In this document: positions 10,253-19,363 of the stretch, one piece after another | Layout: each line of letters starts with the position of its first letter | How positions within the stretch are numbered: position 1 is the stretch's first letter | Origin: a virus | Length of the DNA stretch: 64,000 nt | Reading direction: 5' to 3' (one strand) | Virus record (IMG/VR): IMGVR_UViG_3300027833_000025 | Span: 33,819-97,818 of that record | Notes under the pieces: generated by a model | What the model saw: only the letters and a program-made list of their open reading frames with translations | Databases searched by the model: none | What the model was told of the DNA's origin: nothing | Program-made: the position numbers and the translations under genes

Positions 10253-11670
10253 GTGAATATGAAAATAATTCAGCAATTGTAGTTGAATATAAATCAAAGT
10301 ATTACAAAGTATTAGACAAAACAACGAAAGGACAGTTACAAGCAGCATGGGATATGAATGATTCAAGTAAAGATGATGATATGATTGAAGTAACATATCC
10401 ATCTGGTATGTCTGTTCATGCAGTACTCATTGTAAAAACAACAGCATCTACCGATACCGATTACCGCAATCTTGGTGGTAAATGCTTTTCCAAATATAAT
10501 AAAAAGTGCAATCATGTTTATTTTGAGTTTAATGATAAGACATCAGCGTTTATCATTGAAGGTGCACGACTTGCTGCATACTCATTCAGTAAGTACAAGA
10601 CAGATACAGAAAGTACTACGTTTACATATATTCATGGTACAGATTCAGTCAAAACCATTGAAGAAAGTGTGTTCTTGGCACGTGACCTAGTTACTGAGCC
10701 GGGTAACGAATTGTATCCAGAAGAGTACGCAGATCGTATCAACCAAATGTTAACACCTTTGGGTGTAACAGTAAAGATTATGCATGAGAAATTTCTACGT
10801 AAACTAGGATTTGATTTGCTATTGAGTGTTGGTGAAGGTTCTGATCGTGACAGTTATGTTGTTGTGATGGAACACATGAATGCTGATACAGACGCAGCAC
10901 CACTTGCTCTAGTAGGAAAGGGTGTTACATTTGATTCTGGCGGCATCTCACTAAAGCCTGGAAAGGGTATGGGAGATATGAAGACTGACATGGGTGGTTC
11001 AGCAGCAGTAGTTGGTGCTATGCACGCAATTGCTTCTCAGAATGTAAAAGCCAATGTAGTAGGAATCGTAGGACTTGTAGAAAACATGCCGTCTGGTGGT
11101 GCAACTCGCCCAGGTGATGTTATCGGGTCATTAAATGGTCAAACAGTCGAGAACTTGAATACAGATGCAGAAGGTCGCTTGGTACTTGCAGATATTCTAA
11201 CGTATGTACAAAATGAATACAAGCCAGCACAGATTATTGATTTAGCAACATTAACTGGTGCTATTTTGGTAACACTAGGTCACGAAGCAGCAGGTTTGTT
11301 TAGTAATTCTACTGGGTTCGCTAGTCATATTTCATCAGTTGGTTCAGATGCAGGAGAGAATTATTTCCGTATGCCAATGGGTAAAGTATGGAATAAGATG
11401 ATAGATTCCCCTATTGCTGATATGCAGAACATTGGCGGTCCGTATGGTGGTTCCACCACAGCAGCAGAGTTCTTGTATCGGTTCGTTGATAGTGATACTC
11501 CGTGGGCACATTTGGATATTGCAGGAATGGCATGGGCTGATAGTCCTAAAGATACCACACCTAAAGGTGCAGTAGGATTTGGTGTACGTACCCTGTACGA
11601 TATCGCCTGTGGTTTAAATCACGATCCAGCAACAACTCACTGGGCTATCGATCTAGATATGCAATACTAA
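10249..11670 (+). CDS. pepA: leucyl aminopeptidase (M17)
   Basis: VGKGVTFDSGG, MKTDMGG, NTDAEGRLVLAD, WAHLDIAG; GTG start. Confidence 0.95.
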   Translation: MSEYENNSAIVVEYKSKYYKVLDKTTKGQLQAAWDMNDSSKDDDMIEVTYPSGMSVHAVLIVKTTASTDTDYRNLGGKCFSKYNKKCNHVYFEFNDKTSAFIIEGARLAAYSFSKYKTDTESTTFTYIHGTDSVKTIEESVFLARDLVTEPGNELYPEEYADRINQMLTPLGVTVKIMHEKFLRKLGFDLLLSVGEGSDRDSYVVVMEHMNADTDAAPLALVGKGVTFDSGGISLKPGKGMGDMKTDMGGSAAVVGAMHAIASQNVKANVVGIVGLVENMPSGGATRPGDVIGSLNGQTVENLNTDAEGRLVLADILTYVQNEYKPAQIIDLATLTGAILVTLGHEAAGLFSNSTGFASHISSVGSDAGENYFRMPMGKVWNKMIDSPIADMQNIGGPYGGSTTAAEFLYRFVDSDTPWAHLDIAGMAWADSPKDTTPKGAVGFGVRTLYDIACGLNHDPATTHWAIDLDMQY

Positions 11671-11685
11671 TTTGATTGTTGTGTA

Positions 11686-11724
11686 CTCTCTTTATAATGA
11701 TAAATAGTATTGTTATAAAGAGAG
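11686..11724 (+). promoter_or_regulatory. late promoter (GATAAATAG) inside an inverted repeat covering the RBS
   Basis: CTCTCTTTATAA (11686-97) / TTATAAAGAGAG (11713-24), perfect 12-bp arms flanking TAAATA. Confidence 0.75.
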
Positions 11725-11733
11725 ATAAACCCA

Positions 11734-12591
11734 ATGGCATATAGAGGTATTCAAGCAACAAACTTAATAAGTGTAGACGCAGCATTTGATGATGCGTTGC
11801 TTATATTAAATAAATCAGGTACAACTCCAGTAGATGTGGGATTCTTAGGAAGAATTGGTCCGTCATCTTACTCTGGTCTTGTTAAAGATTCAGAAACAGA
11901 TTCGTTCATTCTAATTAACTCAATTAATTTAAGTTCACAATCTATTAATGATATCAGTCCATTAGATACAAGTATAGTAAAAGGCAATATTACAGTAGCA
12001 ACGATTACAGCAGATTCATTTGTTGGTAATATTAAAGGTAACATTTTAAATCCAACTACTGGTGCAATGGTAGTAAACGCCTCCGGAGGTATTTACACAT
12101 TAACAGGTAATGTAGCAGGCAACTTATATGGCGATGTACTTTCACCTACCCAAAATACGCCAATTATTACTACTGGTCCAGTAAGAGACACATTAACAAT
12201 CCATGATGCACATATTGAAAAAATAAAAGCACCTGCAAGTAGTGGCGGTGCAACAATACTTAACACTTCTGGAGCAACTACACTATCAGGACATAACGTT
12301 CATCTAACAGGATCACTATATGGTGATATCGGTGATACACTAGCAAATGATCCAGTGCTTACAGTTGGTACTGGCAATAATGATTCGCAAATAGCAGTAA
12401 CAGTAGCATCAATAGATGAATTGCAAGTTAATGACTCGTTTGTGTTACCAAAAGGTACAGCAGCACAGCATCCAGCCAATCCAGTTGAAGGACAGATGTT
12501 TTTCAATACAGAAACGAAACTGTTTGAAGGTTATGACGGAACATCATGGATACAATTCCTACCAACTACATTCTCAATGGCAACTCCTTAA
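11734..12591 (+). CDS. virion structural / fibre-like protein
   Basis: Late box upstream; G-N-L-x-G-D-V beta repeats; C-terminal LPKGT..Q.P..P.EG...FNTE...FEGYDG..W module common in phage structural proteins. Confidence 0.7.
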   Translation: MAYRGIQATNLISVDAAFDDALLILNKSGTTPVDVGFLGRIGPSSYSGLVKDSETDSFILINSINLSSQSINDISPLDTSIVKGNITVATITADSFVGNIKGNILNPTTGAMVVNASGGIYTLTGNVAGNLYGDVLSPTQNTPIITTGPVRDTLTIHDAHIEKIKAPASSGGATILNTSGATTLSGHNVHLTGSLYGDIGDTLANDPVLTVGTGNNDSQIAVTVASIDELQVNDSFVLPKGTAAQHPANPVEGQMFFNTETKLFEGYDGTSWIQFLPTTFSMATP

Positions 12592-12652
12592 TACATCATA
12601 GTTAACATAGTTCCTATAATGATAAATACTATTATATTAATAGGAGTATCTT

Positions 12653-12826
12653 ATGGCTAAGATAGCAGAAACGGTCATCGTGATTAAGGCAAGCAAATTG
12701 CTAAAAGATGGTGACGAATCAATAGACGTATTAGATAGTGATTCACTCGCTCAACTTACAGCAGTAATTGAAGAATTGACTGGCACTGGCGTGTTGATTG
12801 AAATTGAAACATTAGACGGACAATAA
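12653..12826 (+). CDS. small late protein (57 aa, not in ORF track)
   Basis: GATAAATAC 12621, GGAG RBS, MAKIAETVIVIKASKLLKD...ETLDGQ*. Confidence 0.8.
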   Translation: MAKIAETVIVIKASKLLKDGDESIDVLDSDSLAQLTAVIEELTGTGVLIEIETLDGQ

Positions 12827-12830
12827 TAAA

Positions 12831-13202
12831 ATGGCTAGTTCAACAGTAATTTTAACAAACAAAGCAGAAATGTCATACACAGGTGAAAAAGCCAGAGGTG
12901 ATGGATTTTATGGATACAGCGACGGTCTACATACTGTTAGTTTTCATGTAAATAATTTCACTGGTCGTATTTGGTTAGAAGCAACATTACTTGAGTCACC
13001 AACAGAAGCAGATTGGTTTAATATTGCATTATCAAGCGGTACTGCATATTTACCATACGATGCACAATCAACAACATACGGAGCAACATTCACTGGTAAT
13101 TTTGTATATGTTCGTGCAAGAATAGACAGATCGTACTTGGTTGATCAAACATATGATGCATCAACGCACGGCGTGGTAAACAAAATAGTACTAATGATTT
13201 AA
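12831..13202 (+). CDS. putative virion structural protein
   Basis: Beta-rich 123 aa in late operon. Confidence 0.6.
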   Translation: MASSTVILTNKAEMSYTGEKARGDGFYGYSDGLHTVSFHVNNFTGRIWLEATLLESPTEADWFNIALSSGTAYLPYDAQSTTYGATFTGNFVYVRARIDRSYLVDQTYDASTHGVVNKIVLMI

Positions 13203-13213
13203 GGAACTAAACA

Positions 13214-15727
13214 ATGGCAATTAACGCAGTAAGACCTCGTGCGACCCTTGATGGTTCACAGCAAGGTATCGTAGATACTACGATGCCTGTAACTACTGGT
13301 GACATGTTAGTATATGATTCATTAAAGAACATGTACGTACCATCAACGACCTCGGCATTAACACTTGGTAGTTTTAACAATGACCTTGGTTTTCTTTCAC
13401 TAGAGGAAGTTAATGCAGCGATTGATGCCAATGCGGTAGCATCTGTGGGTGGTGTTATTGATCTAGCAGCATACATAAAAACAGTAGAAGTAGAAGCATT
13501 ATTCACTGCATATGTACCTCCTCTAGTAGATTATGCAAACATACTAAACACTCCATCACTAACACCATATGCAACAAGCGTATACGTAGATCAACAAATA
13601 GCAGCAGTTGACGTATTTAGTGGTGATTATACTGATTTGATTAATAAACCAAGTTTATTCAGTGGTGATTATGCTGATTTGACAAGTCAACCAATCATTC
13701 CAAGTATCGATGGATTAGCAAGTATTGCATATGTAGATCAACAAATAGCAGCAGTTGTACATCCAGCAACTGATTTATCAGCACATGCATTGATAAGCAG
13801 TTTGCCAACTGATATAAATGATTTAACAGACACCGATTCATTATTAGTAACCGATCTAACTGAATATTCAACCATTACATACGTTGATCAGCAAATTGCA
13901 AATGTCAGTGCTGGTAATCTTAGTGAATTCATAACCACATCTTCATTAGCGACTTCATTGGCTGCATATACATTAACTACTGCGTTATTCAGTGGTAGTT
14001 ATGATGATTTAACTAACAAACCAGTAGATTTTGTTACAACTGGTTATCTTACGAATACATTGGCTTCTTATCAGCCTATAACTGATTTAAGTGTTTATGC
14101 ATTAACAACTTCATTGTTTAGTGGTGATTATGCAGATTTAACTAATACACCTACATTGTTCAGTGGTGAATTTGCAGATTTGATTAATACACCTACCATC
14201 TTTAGTGGTAGTTATTCTGACTTGACTAATCAACCAATTATTCCAAGTATCGATGGATTAGCAACGATTGCATCGCTGCCAACAGATGTAAGTGACTTAA
14301 CTGACACCAACAGCCTATTAGGTAGTGGTGGAACAACTAATTACAACAACTTAACTAACAAGCCCACCATACCAACAGATGTAAGTGACTTAACTGACAC
14401 CACTAGTTTATTAGGACAAGGCGGAACCACACTTGATGGTCTGTCAAGTGATGTAAACACGAACACACTAACTATAGAAGCAGGTTGGGACTTAATTCCT
14501 GCAACTGACGGATTGCAATCACTTGGTAGTGCCACAAACCGCTTTACAGAAATTTATATCGATGATAGTACCATCAATATCGGTGGAAATGCCATAGAAT
14601 CTGATGGTTATGGTAATCTATTATGGAACACAAAACCACTTGCAACACAAGAGTATGTAACAAATGCGATAAGCGTTGCTGATTTTGGAACTCTCAGTTC
14701 AACATCTGATTTAAATGATGTTGCAATATCTGGTGTATCAACCAACCATATACTTATGTATAACGCATTAAGTTCGATGTGGGAAAATATAGACTTAGAC
14801 GTTAGTTGGGCAAGTAAAGATTATGTTACGGCACAATTAGTAGGACTGCAAACAGATGGTGTAATCGACTTAGAAGGCTATGCAAGTGAATCTTGGGTAA
14901 CACAAAAATTAGTAGAACGTGGCGATCACTTTAGTGCTGACTACAACGATCTTGTTAACCGACCTACCTTGTTTAGTGGAAATTATAACGACTTATCCAA
15001 TATACCAGCAAGTAGTTTACCAAACTTATCGTTTATATTAACACAGAACGTACTTTCATTAAATAATGGAAATGAAATTGACTTATCTACACTTGCATTA
15101 GATTACAGCACGTTAGTAAATAGTCCAACAGTCTTCAGTGGTAGTTACAGCGATTTATCTAACGCACCAGTATTGTTCAGTGGTAATTATTTAGATTTGG
15201 CTAATAAGCCTTATATACCAAGTGTTGCGGGATTAGCAACAGAGAGTTATGTTAACAATAAACATGCAGAGCCAGATGTTATTGGTGATAGAAATTTCAC
15301 TAATAATATTGAGTTTAGAGCAGATATTAAGCAAGTAGTATCTGGTGTGTCAACAACAGCACAAAGACGTGACTTAGTGTTTGCAATAGAGACTACTGAT
15401 GCAGTGGAAACAGAGGTATCATTTAGTGATAGCACTTACGTTACATTAGCAGATAATACTACTGCTAAGTTTTCTGCTACTTATGTTGCTACTAGTGGTA
15501 CAGCACATGATAGTTTTAAAGTAACTGGTATTGTTCACAAGATGTCAGGAACTATGGTCGCCATTGGAAATAACAGTTATGAAGTAACACAGGATAGTGA
15601 TTCAGGATGTACAGGATTTGTATCAGTAGATGTAGCAAATGATAGAATCAAAGTATCAGTACAAGGTCCAGCAGCAACATCAACTGATTGGGTTGTATTT
15701 TTAGAACTGATAGAGGTCACACGTTAA
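13214..15727 (+). CDS. repeat-rich fibre protein
   Basis: About 10 (L/V/I)FSG(D/S/N)YxDLxNxP repeats, YVDQQIA x3, PTD(I/V)xDLTDT x3. Confidence 0.75.
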   Translation: MAINAVRPRATLDGSQQGIVDTTMPVTTGDMLVYDSLKNMYVPSTTSALTLGSFNNDLGFLSLEEVNAAIDANAVASVGGVIDLAAYIKTVEVEALFTAYVPPLVDYANILNTPSLTPYATSVYVDQQIAAVDVFSGDYTDLINKPSLFSGDYADLTSQPIIPSIDGLASIAYVDQQIAAVVHPATDLSAHALISSLPTDINDLTDTDSLLVTDLTEYSTITYVDQQIANVSAGNLSEFITTSSLATSLAAYTLTTALFSGSYDDLTNKPVDFVTTGYLTNTLASYQPITDLSVYALTTSLFSGDYADLTNTPTLFSGEFADLINTPTIFSGSYSDLTNQPIIPSIDGLATIASLPTDVSDLTDTNSLLGSGGTTNYNNLTNKPTIPTDVSDLTDTTSLLGQGGTTLDGLSSDVNTNTLTIEAGWDLIPATDGLQSLGSATNRFTEIYIDDSTINIGGNAIESDGYGNLLWNTKPLATQEYVTNAISVADFGTLSSTSDLNDVAISGVSTNHILMYNALSSMWENIDLDVSWASKDYVTAQLVGLQTDGVIDLEGYASESWVTQKLVERGDHFSADYNDLVNRPTLFSGNYNDLSNIPASSLPNLSFILTQNVLSLNNGNEIDLSTLALDYSTLVNSPTVFSGSYSDLSNAPVLFSGNYLDLANKPYIPSVAGLATESYVNNKHAEPDVIGDRNFTNNIEFRADIKQVVSGVSTTAQRRDLVFAIETTDAVETEVSFSDSTYVTLADNTTAKFSATYVATSGTAHDSFKVTGIVHKMSGTMVAIGNNSYEVTQDSDSGCTGFVSVDVANDRIKVSVQGPAATSTDWVVFLELIEVTR

Positions 15728-15796
15728 TTATTTTACAATAAAAGATAAATACAAATAGTGCAAAAGCACACAAATTAAAATTAAAGGAGTCAAATT

Positions 15797-16276
15797 ATGA
15801 CAACTAAAGTAAATGACGTATACGAAGTAGATAGCCAGTTCCTAACAGGTTCACTTGCTCACTTTACAACAACATGCGCAGACATGGACGAAGCAGCAGC
15901 GGGCGCATATGCTCAAGATGTAGTAGATACAGCAGCAGCAAAGGCAGCAACTATCGCAGCGAAAGCAGCATGGGATGCAGATCCAGGCAACGCTGGTTTA
16001 GAAACAGCATATGATAATGCAGTAATTGCAGAAGCAGCAGCAGTTGCAGCAGAAGCAGTTACACTAACTGCTCTTAACGAACACAAAGCAGCAGTAAAGC
16101 GTGCAGTTCACATTGTAGAAGGACGTGCAACACTTGTTGTTATGGGTGCAGTCGCTACTCCTGATCTTCGTGTAGCAGTTGAAAACAATGGTACATGGAC
16201 AGCAGTTTCACTAGCAGCAGAATTAAACGCTGGCTGGGCTGGATCGGCTTGGACAGTAGCAGATTTTGCATACTAA
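15797..16276 (+). CDS. Ala-rich putative virion decoration protein
   Basis: Own late promoter, strong AAGGAG RBS, GCA-biased codons. Confidence 0.65.
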   Translation: MTTKVNDVYEVDSQFLTGSLAHFTTTCADMDEAAAGAYAQDVVDTAAAKAATIAAKAAWDADPGNAGLETAYDNAVIAEAAAVAAEAVTLTALNEHKAAVKRAVHIVEGRATLVVMGAVATPDLRVAVENNGTWTAVSLAAELNAGWAGSAWTVADFAY

Positions 16277-16344
16277 AATTTAGTATAAAAGATAAATACA
16301 ATTAGTGCATAAGCACACAAATAACAAATTAAGGAGTCATAAAA

Positions 16345-16650
16345 ATGGCAACACGTAACCCAGCAAACGTAATTGAATTCGGTAAATTCAACTACGGACC
16401 AACAATCACAGATTATACAATCACAGCAGCAGCAGATGTTTCAGCAGAAGTTAATCCAGGCGAAGAAATGGAAGCAATTTTAGAGAGTATCGCAATGCGT
16501 GGTACAATTATTGGTCTTTCTGATCACAGCGCAGGTGGAACGGTATTCACCGTATCAGTTGAAGGAAGCGCATGGGCTGATGCAGCCGCTATGCAAACAG
16601 CACTACAGGCATTAGCACTAACAATCGCAGGTGCAATGACAGTAGCATAA
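16345..16650 (+). CDS. putative virion decoration protein, paralog of 15797
   Basis: Same leader as 15797; shared R(A/G)T...V(A/S)VE..W pattern. Confidence 0.65.
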   Translation: MATRNPANVIEFGKFNYGPTITDYTITAAADVSAEVNPGEEMEAILESIAMRGTIIGLSDHSAGGTVFTVSVEGSAWADAAAMQTALQALALTIAGAMTVA

Positions 16651-16680
16651 GTTTAACATTTAACGTAAGTTAATGTAATT

Positions 16681-16719
16681 AAAAAACCGAGTATGTTTTC
16701 CTGCATGCTTGGTTTTTTT
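16681..16719. terminator. intrinsic terminator
   Basis: AAAAAACCGAGTATG...CATGCTTGGTTTTTTT. Confidence 0.85.
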
Positions 16720-16766
16720 ACGGCTTGACTTTGTATAAATACTATCATATAATGGAGAAAGTAAAT

Positions 16767-17096
16767 ATGTCAGATACAGATTTAAATGAAGATGGAAAAA
16801 TAAGTATGCTAGAAGCATTTCCATATTGGTTTGATAAATTAAGATTATTTCCAAGAGCATTCATAACTGTTTACATTTATTTGCTATATGATGTATCACA
16901 GTGGTTTATGTTATTAGAAGAGCCTAATATGGCACAAGCAGGATTGGTATCAGTTATAGTAGGCGCAGGCGCAGCATGGTTTGGTCTATATGTAAACTCT
17001 GGTAGCAACCATACAACAACACCAGTACAGGTTGCGACCACGAAGTCATCGCCTCGTTCAGTATCACGTTATTCATCAGACGAACAAATAGGATAG
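16767..17096 (+). CDS. two-TM membrane protein, holin-like
   Basis: TATAAATA late box 16734, GGAG RBS, LRLFPR followed by two TM helices. Confidence 0.55.
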   Translation: MSDTDLNEDGKISMLEAFPYWFDKLRLFPRAFITVYIYLLYDVSQWFMLLEEPNMAQAGLVSVIVGAGAAWFGLYVNSGSNHTTTPVQVATTKSSPRSVSRYSSDEQIG

Positions 17097-17101
17097 ATAT
17101 T

Positions 17102-17668
17102 ATGTATTATCAACATCACATTCAATTAAAAACAGCAGAGCCATTAACGCAAGAGCAAGCATTAACTTGGTACAGTGCAGTTAAAGAATTTTCACCAGTT
17201 GAAACAGTATTAAAGTATCAATTAGGTGAAGACCACATAGGTATGGAATATGGTCATTGCGCAGATTGCGATATGACTCATACATATGTTATCCCGTTAA
17301 CACGTGATATTACCGCAGATGAGGCATTGTTTATTGTTAATGTATGGGAGTATCATTTTGATGATGACTTCGATATTGAATTATCTAGTCAATATGATGT
17401 AGCAGCAATGGGAAATTTTGAGAATTCAATCCACATTGATGAAGATGTAAAAAATCAAGCATTGTTTGATATGAAGAAATGGCATCACAATAGATGGGTT
17501 AGTGAGAAAGTATCTGAAGGTTGGAGACATGGGTCTTACTTTAATTCGGCAGATAAAACTCATCCAGCATTACGAGATTGGGATAGTCTTACAGAAACTC
17601 ATCGTAGATCGCCAGATTTTGATGACAATGAAATATTAGAATGGTTGTCAAAAAGAGGAATTGTTTAA
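17102..17668 (+). CDS. RyR-domain-containing protein
   Basis: HNRW...K..EGW.HG.....KTHP.L..W..L.E matches the RyR repeat. Confidence 0.75.
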   Translation: MYYQHHIQLKTAEPLTQEQALTWYSAVKEFSPVETVLKYQLGEDHIGMEYGHCADCDMTHTYVIPLTRDITADEALFIVNVWEYHFDDDFDIELSSQYDVAAMGNFENSIHIDEDVKNQALFDMKKWHHNRWVSEKVSEGWRHGSYFNSADKTHPALRDWDSLTETHRRSPDFDDNEILEWLSKRGIV

Positions 17669-17704
17669 TTGACATAAGTGTATGATTATGTTATCATATT
17701 GGTT

Positions 17705-18049
17705 ATGATAGAATTATTAAATATGCACGTGCACACTATAACAATTGATTCTTGGGATTTACAAAAAAAGATACCTAATGACATCTTGCCTCAAAATATT
17801 GAACATTGGATTAACCAAACTGTTGTATATCAGTGGTATCTAGAATCTGATTTAGGTAATTACCTAGCAAATTTATGTGATATAGATAATAACGAAATAG
17901 ATGTTCATAAACAATATAATACACACGAAGACTATATCCACATAAGCGCATGGTTGACACAAGCACAAATCGATAGAATTGAATTAGCATTCTTTATTAA
18001 GTTGAAAAGAAAAAATCCAAGGAGCAGTAAGTTGTATGAATCATTATGA
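17705..18049 (+). CDS. hypothetical protein
   Basis: TTGACA(17669)-17-TATCAT promoter overlaps the upstream GTG start, so a later ATG is preferred. Confidence 0.6.
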   Translation: MIELLNMHVHTITIDSWDLQKKIPNDILPQNIEHWINQTVVYQWYLESDLGNYLANLCDIDNNEIDVHKQYNTHEDYIHISAWLTQAQIDRIELAFFIKLKRKNPRSSKLYESL

Positions 18050-18291
18050 ATAATAAAATACCTACAGTAGAGCAATTAGTGGAAATCGCACGAGAAGTAG
18101 AACTTGAGGATCCTATTGATTGGGAAGAGTTAAATGTAAGTGAAGATTCCGCATACAATCTCATAGCGAATCAAGTATTGTCAGATCATATGATGCGAAG
18201 TCCAGATGATCACGAAGTAGTTTTACTTGCAACTGTTACGAAGTTGATTGTTGAAAATTTCATATTAAACATAAAGTTGTTGCAGAAATAA
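18046..18291 (+). CDS. hypothetical protein
   Basis: 81 aa, coupled to upstream ORF. Confidence 0.75.
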   Translation: MNNKIPTVEQLVEIAREVELEDPIDWEELNVSEDSAYNLIANQVLSDHMMRSPDDHEVVLLATVTKLIVENFILNIKLLQK

Positions 18292-18312
18292 CACGGAAGT
18301 AGAAGAAATAAC

Positions 18313-18675
18313 ATGGAAGTAGAAGCAGTAATATTGTTCTTGTTAATGTGTAAACATTCAGTTGCAGATTTAGCATTACAGTCACTTAGAAAACCAACCA
18401 CAAAGCGACTTTATTTTAATAAAGGATTGCACATACATGCATTAGATCATGCGACACTAACACTAGTCGTATTGGTATTTTTTATTAATCCATGGCTTGC
18501 ACTTGCATTTGCTGTATTGGATTATGTAGCACACTGGCACATTGATTGTTTAAAATCAAAACTGCTATGGACATTTGGAATACCAAGAGATGGTTCAGTA
18601 TTTTGGTGCATACAAACATGCGATCAAATATCTCATTATGCAACATATGCATTAATCGTGTATTTAATATGCTAA
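18313..18675 (+). CDS. DUF3307-like membrane protein
   Basis: KH..AD..LQ, H...H, HW.ID..K, DQ..H. Confidence 0.75.
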   Translation: MEVEAVILFLLMCKHSVADLALQSLRKPTTKRLYFNKGLHIHALDHATLTLVVLVFFINPWLALAFAVLDYVAHWHIDCLKSKLLWTFGIPRDGSVFWCIQTCDQISHYATYALIVYLIC

Positions 18676-19085
18676 TTGGATTTGATTTAGTTAGATGCTT
18701 GAGCGACATATTAGAAAAAAAAGTAGAATATAATGACGTGTTACTCGTAATAACATGTGTTGAAATTGATTTTAGAGATGAAGATCAATGGAATATATTC
18801 TGGAAGAGTACGATTGACCCAATACATTTGATGCTGGGCAATAATAGACATAAATTACATCTTCACGATAAATCAGAAGTTCACAATTTGATAGATGATT
18901 TATTATATGATGGAAAATTAGTAAAACGAGAACGCACACATGTGCTAGATTCAATAAGTAGTCTGCCAGGACATTGGCACGATATTATCCCATTAGAAGA
19001 ACATATGACACCCGCTGTACAAGACGCTTGGAATTATTTTAAGATGCTTGAGGCATTATGTCGCACAGGCAAAAACCCAACTTAA
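18669..19085 (+). CDS. hypothetical protein
   Basis: Start MLIGFDLVRCLSDI chosen to minimise overlap. Confidence 0.65.
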   Translation: MLIGFDLVRCLSDILEKKVEYNDVLLVITCVEIDFRDEDQWNIFWKSTIDPIHLMLGNNRHKLHLHDKSEVHNLIDDLLYDGKLVKRERTHVLDSISSLPGHWHDIIPLEEHMTPAVQDAWNYFKMLEALCRTGKNPT

Positions 19086-19135
19086 ATTAAACAACAGCAT
19101 AAATACTACTAATATAAATTAATAGAGGTATTTTC

Positions 19136-19360
19136 ATGTCATTAGAAGAAGAAATTGAACAATTAAAGAAATTAGCAGGCATATACGATAAGGATAAAGA
19201 TATCGTAGATGGTGATGATGAATCTAATATATCAATAACAGGTTCAGAAAAGCGTAAAATTGAACGAGATAATAATATACAGCCAGGAACACCAGAATGG
19301 TTTAAGTTATGGTTTTCGTTGCCAAAAATGACAGGCGAAAAGCCGTTTGAAAAGGAATAG
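19136..19360 (+). CDS. small late protein
   Basis: CATAAATAC 19098; LKKLAGI motif; IQPGTPEWFKLWF. Confidence 0.75.
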   Translation: MSLEEEIEQLKKLAGIYDKDKDIVDGDDESNISITGSEKRKIERDNNIQPGTPEWFKLWFSLPKMTGEKPFEKE

Positions 19361-19363
19361 ATT

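Noticed and set aside
13600-15230. CRISPR array or DGR template/variable repeats
   Set aside because: Repeats are in-frame, degenerate at codon third positions and irregularly spaced; no cas or reverse transcriptase gene
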